Assembly: GCF_015207485.1 (NCBI RefSeq)
Contig: NZ_JADEWU010000005.1
Coordinates: 1-52,507, forward strand
Direction of reading: 5' to 3'
From: Planktothrix mougeotii LEGE 06226
Lineage (GTDB): Bacteria; Cyanobacteriota; Cyanobacteriia; Cyanobacteriales; Microcoleaceae
Length of the DNA: 52,507 nt
Shown: one piece after another, positions 10,329 to 20,755 of the stretch
How positions within the stretch are numbered: the first letter of the stretch is position 1
Layout: each line of letters starts with the position of its first letter
Notes under the pieces: model-generated
Seen by the model: only the letters and a program-made list of their open reading frames with translations
Told to the model about the DNA's origin: nothing
Database searches by the model: none
Translations under genes and position numbers: made by a program

Positions 10329-11702
10329 ATGTTAACGTACAACCCATTTTTGGAGGATAGGCCCATTACACTCGCTATACGTTCATCAAAGCTCGCTACT
10401 GCGTCCAACCCTAACCAGTCCGTTCTCAAAATTTGGGGGCATCAACCCCTACAGGGTCATGTTTCGATTAGCGGGGCTAAAAATTCCGCTTTAGTTTTAA
10501 TGGCCGGTGCATTGCTGTGTTCTGAAGATTGTCGGCTTCGTAACGTTCCCTCCTTGGTTGATGTCAACCGCATGAGTGAAATTCTCACGGCGCTAGGGGT
10601 TAAAATCGACCGCCAGGGTGATGTTCTCGATATTAAAGCGGGTCAACTATCAGAATCACAAGCTCCCTATGAACTCGTCAGCCAACTCCGGGCTAGTTTC
10701 TTTGCCATTGGGCCGATACTCGCTCGTTTAGGGGTAGCCAGAGTTCCCTTACCGGGAGGTTGTGCCATTGGAGCTAGACCTGTCGATCTTCATGTTCGGG
10801 GACTGCAAGCGTTAGGGGCTGAAGTTCATATTGATCATGGCATTGTTCATGCTCACGTTAAGGGATCTAACCCCCGACTCAAAGGTACTCGCATTTATCT
10901 GGATTATCCCAGTGTAGGAGCAACGGAAACTTTGATGATGGCAGCAACCCTCGCTGAGGGAGAAACCATCCTCGAAAATGCAGCCCAAGAACCGGAAGTG
11001 ATCGATTTAGCCAACTTCTGTTGTGCGATGGGAGCAAAAATTCAGGGGGCTGGAACTAAAACCATTGTGATTTCTGGGGTTCCTAGTCTGCATTCAGCCG
11101 ATTATTCGATTATTCCTGATCGAATAGAAGCCGGAACTTTTTTAATAGCAGGAGCCATCACCCGCTCTGAAATTAGTTTATCTCCCATTATTCCAGAACA
11201 TTTGACTCCGGTACTGGCTAAACTCAAAGCCATTGGGGTCAAATTCCAGATGGAAGGGTCAAACCATTTACGCATTCTCCCTGTGGAGAATTTAACGGCA
11301 ACAGACATTGAAACCCTACCCTATCCGGGATTCCCTACGGATATGCAAGCCCCCTTCATGGCTCTGTTAACGCTGTGTGAAGGCAATAGCTTGATCAGCG
11401 AAACAGTGTTTGAAAATCGGTTTGGTCATGTTCCTGAACTCAGCCGCATGGGTGCAGATATTCGGGTTAAAGGAACGACTGCCTTAGTCCGAGGAGTTCC
11501 GTTCTTATCGGGCGCACCTGTAACAGCAACCGACTTACGCGCTTCTGCGGCTTTAGTCCTAGCGGCTTTAGCGGCGGAGGGAGAAACCACCATTCAGGAG
11601 TTAAAACATTTGGATCGGGGTTATGAACAATTGGAAGCTAAACTCCGACAATTAGGAGCCAAACTCCAGCGTATTGATCATGCGCTAATAGAAAAGGAAT
11701 AA
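10329..11702 (+). CDS. murA: UDP-N-acetylglucosamine 1-carboxyvinyltransferase
   Basis: 457 aa; [30 protein letters not shown] and the overall EPSP-synthase-like pattern are characteristic of MurA. Confidence 0.85.
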   Translation: MLTYNPFLEDRPITLAIRSSKLATASNPNQSVLKIWGHQPLQGHVSISGAKNSALVLMAGALLCSEDCRLRNVPSLVDVNRMSEILTALGVKIDRQGDVLDIKAGQLSESQAPYELVSQLRASFFAIGPILARLGVARVPLPGGCAIGARPVDLHVRGLQALGAEVHIDHGIVHAHVKGSNPRLKGTRIYLDYPSVGATETLMMAATLAEGETILENAAQEPEVIDLANFCCAMGAKIQGAGTKTIVISGVPSLHSADYSIIPDRIEAGTFLIAGAITRSEISLSPIIPEHLTPVLAKLKAIGVKFQMEGSNHLRILPVENLTATDIETLPYPGFPTDMQAPFMALLTLCEGNSLISETVFENRFGHVPELSRMGADIRVKGTTALVRGVPFLSGAPVTATDLRASAALVLAALAAEGETTIQELKHLDRGYEQLEAKLRQLGAKLQRIDHALIEKE

Positions 11703-11865
11703 GCAACTGATCTGTTAGCAGACAGTCGCTTATTCTCAAAAATGGAGTGTTTGTTGTGAGTTGTTTAGGGTGCGTTTTAGGGTTAATTACAACTCACAAC
11801 CCACCCAATTTTGATCAGGCAGACGTTAGAATTTGTTATAGTTTGACTTTAATCTGTATGTAGCT

Positions 11866-12744
11866 ATGACGTTTTCAACGACCCCTTTAATAGGACTCCG
11901 AGCCGATCATTTTCGTCATCCGTTGGATTTACAAGCGACCAATGCTTTGAAACAATTGCCCGGTTTAGATTTATTAGTCCGGCAAATTTTAGGCGGTGTC
12001 GGGGAACAGTTTTTTTATTTAGAAAATATTGCGTCTAGTATTTTAGTTAGTGATCAACAATTACCTGCTCTTCATCAATTATTATTAGCCGCTTGCAAAA
12101 CTTTAGATTTAGAACCGCCTCAACTTTATATTCGTCAACATCCGGTTCCCAATGCTTATACTTTTGCAATGCGGGGAAAACAACCGTTTATTGTTATTCA
12201 TACCTCGTTAATTGAGTTATTAACCTCGGAAGAAATTCAAGCGGTAATTGCCCATGAGTTAGGACATTTAAAATGCGAACATGGGGTATATTTAACCTTA
12301 GCGAATTTAGTGGTCTTAGCGGCGAATCAATTGTCGCCTTGGGGAACAATTTTAGCTCAGGGGTTACAAGCGCAGTTAATGGAATGGTTACGCTGTGCTG
12401 AGTTTACTTGCGATCGCGCAGCCCTATTAGCAACTCAAGATCCAAGAGTCGTGATGTCGGTATTGATGAAACTGTCGGGGGGTTCTCCCAGTTTAGCTTC
12501 GCAACTGAATTTAGATGCCTTTGTTGCCCAAGCCCGGACGTATGATCAAATTAGTCGCACAGAATTGGGAGAACTGCTTCAACAAGCTCAAACCGCCCAA
12601 TTAACCCATCCCCTTCCGGTCTTGCGGGCCAGAGAAATTGATCGCTGGTCGAGTAGTCCTAATTATCAGGACTTGCTAAAACGAAACTTTATGGTTTATA
12701 ATAGTGAAGCTAACCCAAACAAGGGCGGGTGGCGGAATTGGTAG
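11866..12744 (+). CDS. M48 family zinc metallopeptidase (HtpX-like)
   Basis: 292 aa; HExxH motif in AHELGHLKCEHG; M48-like context. The ORF's last ~7 codons run into the tRNA-Leu gene, so the true stop may be misjudged. Confidence 0.7.
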   Translation: MTFSTTPLIGLRADHFRHPLDLQATNALKQLPGLDLLVRQILGGVGEQFFYLENIASSILVSDQQLPALHQLLLAACKTLDLEPPQLYIRQHPVPNAYTFAMRGKQPFIVIHTSLIELLTSEEIQAVIAHELGHLKCEHGVYLTLANLVVLAANQLSPWGTILAQGLQAQLMEWLRCAEFTCDRAALLATQDPRVVMSVLMKLSGGSPSLASQLNLDAFVAQARTYDQISRTELGELLQQAQTAQLTHPLPVLRAREIDRWSSSPNYQDLLKRNFMVYNSEANPNKGGWRNW

Positions 12745-12804
12745 ACGCACCGCACTCAAAATGCGGCGGCTTCGGTCGTGAGAGTTCGAGTCTCTCTCCG
12801 CCCA
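12723..12804 (+). tRNA. tRNA-Leu (anticodon CAA)
   Basis: GGGCGGGTGGCGGAATTGGTAGACGCACCGCACTCAAAATGCGGCGGCTTCGGTCGTGAGAGTTCGAGTCTCTCTCCGCCCA: Leu-type D-arm (GCGGAATTGGTAGACGC), anticodon loop CTCAAAA (anticodon CAA), long variable arm, T-arm GAGTTCGAGTCTC, acceptor GGGCGGG/CCGCCC. No encoded CCA. Confidence 0.85.
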
Positions 12805-12880
12805 TTAATCAGCTTTAAAAAGCTGGGCTGAAAATCCCAGGGCTGATGTCATTGATTTTTATAATTTCTGGCGATCGCCT

Positions 12881-13114
12881 TTACCAAGTCGGATCACTAT
12901 AAATATTAATGGTGATTTCCGCTTTTCCAGAGGGAACGGAAGAAATGCAAGCACAGATAAAATTATCTTCGTCTAGTTCCACTTCACAAGCATGACAAGA
13001 CCCCATTAAACATCCAGTGGGAATTACAACTCCAGCGCGTTCGGCGACGGCTAATAAAGGTTCACCCGGTTGGGCTTCAACGGTAACTTTATCGGGTAAG
13101 AAATGGATTTTCAT
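12881..13114 (-). CDS. 2Fe-2S ferredoxin-like small protein
   Basis: 77 aa; Cys pattern GCLMGSCHACEV...ICAC resembles plant-type 2Fe-2S ferredoxin domain cysteine ligands. Confidence 0.5.
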   Translation of the reverse strand: MKIHFLPDKVTVEAQPGEPLLAVAERAGVVIPTGCLMGSCHACEVELDEDNFICACISSVPSGKAEITINIYSDPTW

Positions 13115-13138
13115 GTTGACTGTTGTTGAGGTTGACTG

Positions 13139-14602
13139 CTATAAAACCGATCTCAAATCTAAATAGGAATCTACGGTATCTGCTAATAAATCTAATAACA
13201 ATTCTCGCTGTTCTCGATAATTAGCAATTCCAGTGGGTAAAGCATTTAACCCTCTGGGTTTTCGCAGATGATTTAACCAGGTTCGTCGCCAAGGGCCATT
13301 ATCAAAAACCCCATGTAAATAATGACCCCAAATCGATTTTTGCTGATTAACAAATCCTAAATTCGGGTCATTAAATAAAGGAGAAATATCGTTAGAATCT
13401 AACAATTGAGTTCGTCCTTGATGAATTTCAAATCCTTCAACGGGTAAACCTTCTTGGGGAAAATGGGATGAAACCAACCGTTGACGGGAGGTTTTTTGAG
13501 TGGACATAACGGTTTTAAGCGGTAATAATCCTAACCCTTCATAATCGCCCTGTTGTCCTTCTAAACCATAGGGATCTGACACAATTTTTCCTAACATTTG
13601 ATAACCGCCACAAATTCCCATCACCTGACCCCCCGCCTCGACATAATTTTTAATTTGATTTGCCATTCCCGATTGTTTTAAGACTTGCAGGTCAGATATC
13701 GTCGTTTTAGACCCAGGAAGAATGACGGCATCGGGATGTCCTAAAGTGTCAGAAGGCGCTACATACTTAATTTTAACGCTGGTTTCAGCATCTAGGGGAT
13801 CAAAATCTGTAAAATTAGCAATACGAGGAAATCGGATAACGGCAATGGTTAATTCCGCTTGGGCCGAACTCGGACGACGATCTAATAAACTTAAAGAATC
13901 TTCTGCGGGGAAGGGATGATCAATCCAAGGAATAACCGCAACAACCGGAATTCCCGTATACTCCTCTAACCATTTTATCCCCGATTCTAATAGCGATCGC
14001 TGTCCTCTAAATTTATTAATAATAATGCCTTTAATTAATGCCTGTTCATCAGGGTCTAAAAGTTGCAAAGTTCCCACAACATGAGCAAAGGCCCCCCCGC
14101 GATCAATATCAACCACTAATAACGTTTTGGCATTCAAATATTTTGCCACCCGCATATTGGTTAAATCTCGATGTTTGAGATTAATTTCGGCGGGACTGCC
14201 AGCACCTTCACAAACTAAAATATCAAATTCCTGGGTTAAATAGTCTAAACATTCAGTAATAGTTTGCCAACCCCGATCAAAATAGTGTTCATAATAATCA
14301 CTTGCTTGCACAACTCCCACAGGTTTGCCTTTTAAAATCACCTGAGAGGTCATATTTCCTTGGGGTTTTAATAAAATAGGATTCATAGAAACAGAAGGTG
14401 TCACTCCCGCCGCCCAGGCTTGCACCGCTTGAGCATAACCCATTTCTGATCCGGCCGGAGAAACATAGGAATTCAGAGCCATATTTTGCCCTTTAAAGGG
14501 AGCAACCCGCACGCCGCGACGATGTAAAATTCGACAAATGGCCGTGACCATCATGGATTTTCCAGCATGGGAAGTCGTTCCCACAATCATGATTGCTTTC
14601 AT
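13139..14602 (-). CDS. cobQ: Cobyric acid synthase
   Basis: 487 aa; N-terminal MKAIMIVGTTSHAGKSMMVTAICR (CobQ/CbiP P-loop-like) and C-terminal GATase-like region with GICGGYQMLG. Confidence 0.85.
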   Translation of the reverse strand: MKAIMIVGTTSHAGKSMMVTAICRILHRRGVRVAPFKGQNMALNSYVSPAGSEMGYAQAVQAWAAGVTPSVSMNPILLKPQGNMTSQVILKGKPVGVVQASDYYEHYFDRGWQTITECLDYLTQEFDILVCEGAGSPAEINLKHRDLTNMRVAKYLNAKTLLVVDIDRGGAFAHVVGTLQLLDPDEQALIKGIIINKFRGQRSLLESGIKWLEEYTGIPVVAVIPWIDHPFPAEDSLSLLDRRPSSAQAELTIAVIRFPRIANFTDFDPLDAETSVKIKYVAPSDTLGHPDAVILPGSKTTISDLQVLKQSGMANQIKNYVEAGGQVMGICGGYQMLGKIVSDPYGLEGQQGDYEGLGLLPLKTVMSTQKTSRQRLVSSHFPQEGLPVEGFEIHQGRTQLLDSNDISPLFNDPNLGFVNQQKSIWGHYLHGVFDNGPWRRTWLNHLRKPRGLNALPTGIANYREQRELLLDLLADTVDSYLDLRSVL

Positions 14603-14714
14603 AAATGATCACTGAAGATAGAGACTAATATTCTAATCGCTTAGGGTTAAAAACCGTCAACCCATCTCTGGCAATGGTGTGGGATGATAGTGGAGACTTT
14701 CTAACGATTTTGTT

Positions 14715-15386
14715 ATGGCTAATCAACTGCGTATTTATGTCCCCCCCCATCCTTTAATTAAACATTGGTTAGGAGTTGCTCGTGATCAGGCGACTCCTCC
14801 GGCTTTATTTCGCACGGCGATGACGGAGTTAGGACGTTGGTTGACCTACGAAGCCGCCAAAGACTGGTTACCAACCCTGGAAACAACGGTACAAACCCCG
14901 TTAACCGAATGTAACGCCACCTTTGTTAATCCTGAAGTTCCCCTGATCGTGATTCCTATTTTACGCGCGGGTTTAGCGTTAATGGAGGGAATTCAAAGCG
15001 TTGTGCCTTTATCTTCGGTTTATCATATTGGCATGGTACGCAACGAAGAAACCCTAGAAGCCAGTTGCTACTTAAATAAATTACCTCCCCAATTTGATCC
15101 TCAAACGCGGGTGATGATTAGTGAACCGATGTTAGCAACAGGGGGAACAATCATGGCGGTGATGGAAGAACTCACCCAGCGCCATCTTGACCCCGCTTTG
15201 ATTCGGATTATTTCCATTGTCGCCGCCCCCCCAGCGTTACAAAAATTAAGTCAAGCTTATCCCAGTTTGCAAATCTATACCGCTATTATTGATCCTGAAG
15301 TCAATGAACAGGGCTTTATTGTACCCGGTTTGGGAGATGCAGGAGATCGAACGTTTGGCACATTCGACCGTCTCCCCACCGAATAG
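14715..15386 (+). CDS. upp: Uracil phosphoribosyltransferase
   Basis: 223 aa; LIVIPILRAGLALMEG and PRPP-binding region VMISEPMLATGGT typical of UPRTase. Confidence 0.8.
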   Translation: MANQLRIYVPPHPLIKHWLGVARDQATPPALFRTAMTELGRWLTYEAAKDWLPTLETTVQTPLTECNATFVNPEVPLIVIPILRAGLALMEGIQSVVPLSSVYHIGMVRNEETLEASCYLNKLPPQFDPQTRVMISEPMLATGGTIMAVMEELTQRHLDPALIRIISIVAAPPALQKLSQAYPSLQIYTAIIDPEVNEQGFIVPGLGDAGDRTFGTFDRLPTE

Positions 15387-15501
15387 ATCGCGGTTGTTGT
15401 CGCAACAGTAAGTGTGTCTCCCTTTTTTCCTGACTGTTGCCTGTTCCCTGTTGTCTGTTCCCTACTATAAAATCAAGCTATTGTGACAAAGTGGTTAAAT
15501 T

Positions 15502-15798
15502 ATGGGTAATCGAGATGGTTTTGGTAGTGGCTTCTTCCTCGGTGCAACCCTAGGAGGGTTTGTGGGCGGGGTATTAGGAGTGGTACTCGCTTCCCGCATC
15601 ACCAATTCCGAAAGCGGTGAACCCTTGCCAGAAATACCGGGAAAGTCGGGGAAGTCTGCTAAATTGACGGGAGAACATATCGAAACCGCCCGTTTGAGTT
15701 TGGAGGATAAAATTGCTCAACTCAATCAAGCCATTGATGATGTTCGTCAACAGTTAGGCAATGTCAATGGCAATAGTAGCTCGGAAACTTATGATTAA
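15502..15798 (+). CDS. Hypothetical small protein with Gly-rich hydrophobic N-terminus
   Basis: 98 aa ORF; GFGSGFFLGATLGGFVGGVLGVVLA (probable TM) then a polar tail. Confidence 0.4.
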   Translation: MGNRDGFGSGFFLGATLGGFVGGVLGVVLASRITNSESGEPLPEIPGKSGKSAKLTGEHIETARLSLEDKIAQLNQAIDDVRQQLGNVNGNSSSETYD

Positions 15799-15909
15799 TC
15801 GATGGGGGTATCCCGTTTGATTTTCCCCCCTTTTCTTAAATGTGATACACTAAGGGTCATAACTTTATCTCAAATTCAGTCAAATTGAGTTAAACATCAA
15901 ATAAATTTT

Positions 15910-16200
15910 ATGGCACTTCCTTTCGGCTTACTCGCTAACACCCTGGCACAGTTCCTCAACATTTATATGATAATCCTATTTATTAGGATTTTATTAAGCT
16001 GGTTTCCAACTATTAACTGGTTTGATCCCCCCTTCTCGATTTTAAGTCAGTTAACTGACCCCTATCTCAATCTTTTTCGGTCTTTTATTCCACCTTTAGG
16101 GGGAATTGATTTTTCAGCTATTATTGCTATTTTTGCTCTCCAATTTGGCTCTCAAATTATTATTGCTTTATTAGGCAGTATGCAGCAAATGGCATTTTAA
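15910..16200 (+). CDS. YggT family membrane protein (Ycf19-like)
   Basis: 96 aa; YMIILFIRILLSWFP ... DPYLNLFRSFIPPLGGIDFSAII matches YggT family conserved features. Confidence 0.75.
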   Translation: MALPFGLLANTLAQFLNIYMIILFIRILLSWFPTINWFDPPFSILSQLTDPYLNLFRSFIPPLGGIDFSAIIAIFALQFGSQIIIALLGSMQQMAF

Positions 16201-16405
16201 TTCCCACCGTAGTAAGCCCTTCAGGGCTTTCTTTATTTTCCGCAAATGGTATTTTAATTCCCACTCCAAACGTAGTAAGCCCTTCAGGGCTTTCTTTATT
16301 TTCCGCAAATGGTATTTTAATTCCCACTCCAAACGTAGTAAGCCCTTCAGGGCTTTCTTTTATCAAATTGAGTTAAAAGAAAAGTCCTGAAGGACTTACT
16401 ACGTT
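16184..16405. repeat. About 3 tandem copies of a ~63 bp unit containing the palindrome AAGCCCTTCAGGGCTT, followed by an inverted partial copy (MITE/REP-like element)
   Basis: Direct reading: unit GCAAATGG(T/C)ATTTTAATTCCCAC(TCCAAA)CGTAGTAAGCCCTTCAGGGCTTTCTTTATTTTCC repeated ~3x (16184-16365); then the inverted variant AAAGTCCTGAAGGACTTACTACG at 16381-16403. Lies between the convergent yggT and ntrC. Confidence 0.8.
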
Positions 16406-16432
16406 GTTACTTGAGAAATCGGGTTTTGAGTC

Positions 16433-17800
16433 TTACAAATTATTCTGAATTAATTCTCGATATAAACTCTTGGGTTTCACACCTTTGAGGTCTTGAATTA
16501 AATCCTTATTTTTGAACATTTGTAGGGTTGGAGTCCCAACTACCCCCGCGTTTTGAGCAATTTCAGGATCTTCTTCAATGTCAATTTCGACATAATGAAT
16601 TTTACCCTCAAATTCACCAACCACTTTATCTAAAATTGGTTTAAGCGCATGACAGGGCCCGCAGGTGGGTGAGGCATATTTTACCACAATTAAGCGATCG
16701 CTATCATGGTAAAGTTTCCGCAAGGCATAACCCCCCGTATGGCGGGTATTTTGGATATCAAAATTTTCAGAAGTGGTAATTTGAGGTTGGGTTGAAGGTG
16801 TCGTTTCTGCTGCTGGTTCAGAAGTTTCTGTTTGTTGAACTTCCTGCGCTAACCCATTAATCGATAACCACCGCTCTGCTAACATCGCTCCCATACAACC
16901 ACTTCCAGCGGCTGTAATGGCTTGACGAAACTCATGATCTTGGACATCCCCAACCGCATAAACCCCCTCAACGCTGGTTTCAGGAGTGCCATGTTTTGTA
17001 ACAATATATCCCACTTCATCCAGTTGTAATTGTCCTTGGAAAATTTGGGTATTGGGAGTATGACCAATGGCATAAAATAACCCCTGGACGGGTAAATCCT
17101 GTTGTTCTCCCGTTTGGTTATTCTTAATTTTAATCCCGCCTAATTTATCATTGCCATAAACATCCACCGCTTCCGTATTCCAATGCACCGTAATTTTAGG
17201 ATGCTGAAGAACCCGTTGCTGCATAGCTTTACTCGCCCGCAATTCATTTCGTCTGACTAATAAATGAACATGGGTGGCGTATTTAGTTAAATAAACGGCT
17301 TCCTCGGCGGCGGTATCTCCTCCCCCAATCACCGCTAATTCTACACCTTTGAAAATTGGACTCGCCCCATCACAAATGGCACAGGCGGAAATTCCCGCAT
17401 TCCAAAAGGTTTCTTCCTGGGGTAAATGCAGCCGTTTCGCCGTCGCCCCCGTTGCAATTACAATGGTATGGGTTTTGATTTCCCGGTCTTCAGATTTAAT
17501 AGTAAAGGGACGTTGACTTAAATCAACGGAAATCACATCTTCGGTAAACAGTTCCGCCCCCCACCGTTGAGCTTGGGCTTTGATTCTATCCATGAGTTCC
17601 GGCCCGGTAATGCCTTCGGGAAAACCAGGGAAGTTCTCAACTTCTGTGGTGGTCATTAACTGACCCCCCGGAATTCCCCCGATTTGATAGCCTTCAAAAA
17701 CAACGGGTTTCAAGTTCGCCCGTCCTGCATAAATCGCCGCCGTGTAGCCCGCAGGCCCAGAACCAATAATGACAAGATTTTCAACAGTTGGGTTTGTCAT
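16433..17800 (-). CDS. ntrC: NADPH-dependent thioredoxin reductase C (TrxR fused to thioredoxin)
   Basis: 455 aa; N-terminal FAD motif [21 protein letters not shown], TrxR redox CAICDG, and C-terminal thioredoxin module with [12 protein letters not shown] (CGPC). Confidence 0.85.
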   Translation of the reverse strand: MTNPTVENLVIIGSGPAGYTAAIYAGRANLKPVVFEGYQIGGIPGGQLMTTTEVENFPGFPEGITGPELMDRIKAQAQRWGAELFTEDVISVDLSQRPFTIKSEDREIKTHTIVIATGATAKRLHLPQEETFWNAGISACAICDGASPIFKGVELAVIGGGDTAAEEAVYLTKYATHVHLLVRRNELRASKAMQQRVLQHPKITVHWNTEAVDVYGNDKLGGIKIKNNQTGEQQDLPVQGLFYAIGHTPNTQIFQGQLQLDEVGYIVTKHGTPETSVEGVYAVGDVQDHEFRQAITAAGSGCMGAMLAERWLSINGLAQEVQQTETSEPAAETTPSTQPQITTSENFDIQNTRHTGGYALRKLYHDSDRLIVVKYASPTCGPCHALKPILDKVVGEFEGKIHYVEIDIEEDPEIAQNAGVVGTPTLQMFKNKDLIQDLKGVKPKSLYRELIQNNL

Positions 17801-17892
17801 TTTTCTTATTTCAAACTCATAACGACTTCGTTTAAATCAATTATAGCAGTTTTTGTCCTAAGATGGCGAGGGAGCCACAGATTCCCATTCAA

Positions 17893-18255
17893 TTAACCAA
17901 TTTCTTTCTCATATTGAGTGATCACCTCTTCAATGGTTTCATGACTAATATCTGAGTAATCAGATTTGGAATAAATGGTAGCGAGAATGATGGCTTGATT
18001 TGTTTTCAGATAATAAATAACTCGATAGCCCCCACTTTTTCCTTTTTGGATATTACTATTTTTAAGACGAACTTTAAAAACGGTATATTTAATACCTGCA
18101 ATTCTATCACCAGGAATTTCACCTGCTTGAAGTTGTTCGATTAACGGTTGAAGATCGGTACGAATTGAACGATAGCGTTTAGCAAGTTCTCGAAGATCCC
18201 TTTTGAAGCGGGAAGTAAGCGCGATTTGGATGGGTGGTGGTTCACTCAACATCAA
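17893..18255 (-). CDS. Type II toxin-antitoxin system RelE/ParE-family toxin
   Basis: 120 aa; KGKSGGYRVIYYL motif typical of the RelE/ParE/HigB superfamily; 14 nt overlap with the upstream small ORF. Confidence 0.6.
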   Translation of the reverse strand: MMLSEPPPIQIALTSRFKRDLRELAKRYRSIRTDLQPLIEQLQAGEIPGDRIAGIKYTVFKVRLKNSNIQKGKSGGYRVIYYLKTNQAIILATIYSKSDYSDISHETIEEVITQYEKEIG

Positions 18256-18523
18256 TACCTTCCCACATTTCTGAGAGCGGAATAGTCTGTCCTGTTAATG
18301 CTTCCCATAAACCTTGGCGAATACCTTCTATAACAATTTCAGTCGGCGTTTCATTGGGGTCAACTTCGTCGTCTTCAGGAATTAAGACAATAACCCGAAC
18401 ACGCTGTGGTTTAGTAATTCCTAATGATTGATCAAGTGTCAGTTGCCCACTCTCATTAATAGTCGCTGTCGTTTCAATTGCTCTCATAACCGTTGATAGT
18501 TTACTCAAACATTTTTTAATCAT
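18242..18523 (-). CDS. Putative antitoxin partner of the RelE/ParE toxin
   Basis: 93 aa ORF immediately upstream of, and overlapping, the toxin gene on the same strand (classic antitoxin-toxin order). Confidence 0.5.
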   Translation of the reverse strand: MIKKCLSKLSTVMRAIETTATINESGQLTLDQSLGITKPQRVRVIVLIPEDDEVDPNETPTEIVIEGIRQGLWEALTGQTIPLSEMWEGIDVE

Positions 18524-18948
18524 AAGCTTTTTTAAAGTATTACTCCAGGTTTGGTGTCAAGAGGGAGTTTTAATAAGAAAAAACTATAGATTATAGAAAT
18601 TTGTTTTAAATTTTAAAAGAATAAGGTAAAAAACCTCGATTTTTGTCAAGGGGTTATTGCAAACAGGTTGCAATTAGTTGACGAAATCATAGGGGTTTGG
18701 GCTATAATAGAAAAATAATAATCTGGGGAAGTATAACTTAACCTCAAAACCCTATCCTCAAACCCCTATAATCTCGTAAAAATTTATGAAACCCTGACAG
18801 AATTTAAGCGCAGCGATGCACGAGTTTTGAACAGAACTGATGGGGTCATGATCAAAGGGATTGACAAAATAGTAATTTTGTGCATTGCTTTTCTTGAGTT
18901 CGGAACTTCTACAATACTTCTGAACTTACCTTAATCTGAATTACCCTT

Positions 18949-19641
18949 ATGGAACGTATTCCAGAAGTAGAAGTCATGGATACTTGGGAAGAAGCCAGCG
19001 AGTATGATGCGATGGATTTTAGCCAAGTTAATCAAGAATTTGCCGAATTAGCAATAGAATTAGGGCCAGAAACCGGATTAATCTTAGATGCGGGAACGGG
19101 GACAGCACGGATTCCAATTTTAATCGCTCAAAAGCGATCGCGCAGCGGCGTGGCTAACGCATCGCAATGGCAAATTACCGGAATTGATTTATCAGCAAAT
19201 ATGCTATTTATTGGCAATCAAAATATTGAGCAAGCGGGGTTACAGGAACAAATCAAATTAGAACAAATCGATGCCAAACAGTTACCTTATCCCGATGATC
19301 AATTTGATATGGTCATTTCCAATAGTATTGTTCACCATTTGTCAGAACCTCTGCTATTTTTTCAAGAACTTCAGCGCGTGTTAAAACCCCAGGGAGCAAT
19401 ATTTCTAAGAGATTTAACTCGCCCCAGTAGTGAAACCGAACTCAATACCTTAGTTGAACAATATGCAGGAAATTGTAACGACCATCAGAAAAAACTATTT
19501 CGAGACTCCTTACAAGCGGCTTATACCTTAGATGAAATCATTTATTTGATCGAGTCTGCGGGTTTAGAGAAGATGAGAGTTTATCAATCTTCTGATCGCC
19601 ATTGGACAGCAGAACGTTCCTATCCTGCTGCTCCCAAATAG
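18949..19641 (+). CDS. Class I SAM-dependent methyltransferase
   Basis: 230 aa; motif I LDAGTGTARIPILIA and post-I acidic residue; VLKPQGAIFLRD motif. Confidence 0.7.
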   Translation: MERIPEVEVMDTWEEASEYDAMDFSQVNQEFAELAIELGPETGLILDAGTGTARIPILIAQKRSRSGVANASQWQITGIDLSANMLFIGNQNIEQAGLQEQIKLEQIDAKQLPYPDDQFDMVISNSIVHHLSEPLLFFQELQRVLKPQGAIFLRDLTRPSSETELNTLVEQYAGNCNDHQKKLFRDSLQAAYTLDEIIYLIESAGLEKMRVYQSSDRHWTAERSYPAAPK

Positions 19642-19762
19642 CAAAATTATCCTTCAGGAAACTTAAACGATTAATGCCCTGAACTCAAGTTCAGGCTAAT
19701 TAATAAATGTAGTACAGTTTAGAAATTGAGTGCTGATTCACCAAAAACCCAATTTCTAAGTT

Positions 19763-20755
19763 TTACTGACCAAACAAAAATAACCATATCGGTAACGTTA
19801 ATAATAATAGTGTAGAGCCCATCGCTAAATTGGTAACGGCTAATTCCCGATCTAAATTAAAGGCTTCGGCTAAAACTAAGGTGGCAAAAGCGGGAGGGGT
19901 TGCCATTTGCAGAACTAAAACTAATAACGGAGCTCCGGTTAATCCCAATAGCATTAATCCATAACCTAAAACCAAAGGTACAATTAACATTTTGATGACT
20001 AAACTGACAGAAGCGGGTTGGAAATAGCGCCAAGAATGAAGCTGACTTAAACGCATTCCCATCAAGACTAACGTTGAAGCAACACTTCCCCAAGCAATTC
20101 CCTTTAATCCCTGTTCAATCGGATCACCAACCGGAATATTTCGTACCATTAAACCGATCACCATACTCATTAAAGCCGGATTCGTTAATGATACTGCAAC
20201 TAATTGCCAAGGGTCTTGTTTTCCCATGCCAAATCTTGCGGCTAAAGCCACTCCTAATCCATAGGCGCCAATAACCGTTCCCAGTCCATCATAAAATACC
20301 GCCCAACCGAAATATTGGGGGCCGACTAAGGCTAAACTAACCGGAAAACCAATATATCCCGTATTCCCCACCATTGAAGCTAATAAAAAACTGCCTTGAG
20401 CGGGTAAAGATTGGGGTAAAATATTGAATTTAGGAATACGGCTTTGCCAATGTAACCCCATCCAAGCTAATCCAGCACCGAGGAAAATAGCAGCCCAAGC
20501 CGCTAAGGGAGCAATCCAAATCGAACCGGATAAATCCGCTTTTCTTAAAAATGCAATAATAGCGATCGGAACAATGACCCAATATAAAATTTTTCCTAAA
20601 TAATAGGGAACAATAGGGGGTAATTTCCGACCTAAAATCCAGCCGATTAAAACCCCGCCAATCAGCCATTCATAAAGTGTTAGAAGTTGAGTTACAGAAT
20701 TAGACATCATGATTAAGTGTTCACTGTTGAGGTGTTGACGATTAGCCGTCAACAT
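19763..20755 (-). CDS. Polytopic membrane protein, possibly AEC (auxin efflux carrier) family transporter
   Basis: 330 aa, ~10 hydrophobic helices; size and topology fit AEC-family permeases; no diagnostic motif confirmed. Confidence 0.45.
   Translation of the reverse strand: MLTANRQHLNSEHLIMMSNSVTQLLTLYEWLIGGVLIGWILGRKLPPIVPYYLGKILYWVIVPIAIIAFLRKADLSGSIWIAPLAAWAAIFLGAGLAWMGLHWQSRIPKFNILPQSLPAQGSFLLASMVGNTGYIGFPVSLALVGPQYFGWAVFYDGLGTVIGAYGLGVALAARFGMGKQDPWQLVAVSLTNPALMSMVIGLMVRNIPVGDPIEQGLKGIAWGSVASTLVLMGMRLSQLHSWRYFQPASVSLVIKMLIVPLVLGYGLMLLGLTGAPLLVLVLQMATPPAFATLVLAEAFNLDRELAVTNLAMGSTLLLLTLPIWLFLFGQ

Noticed and set aside
16160-16366. 68-aa minus-strand ORF with internally repeated ESPEGLTTFGVGIKIPFAENK
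   Set aside because: Translation of the tandem ~63-bp palindromic repeat units. The periodic peptide is an artefact of DNA repetition.
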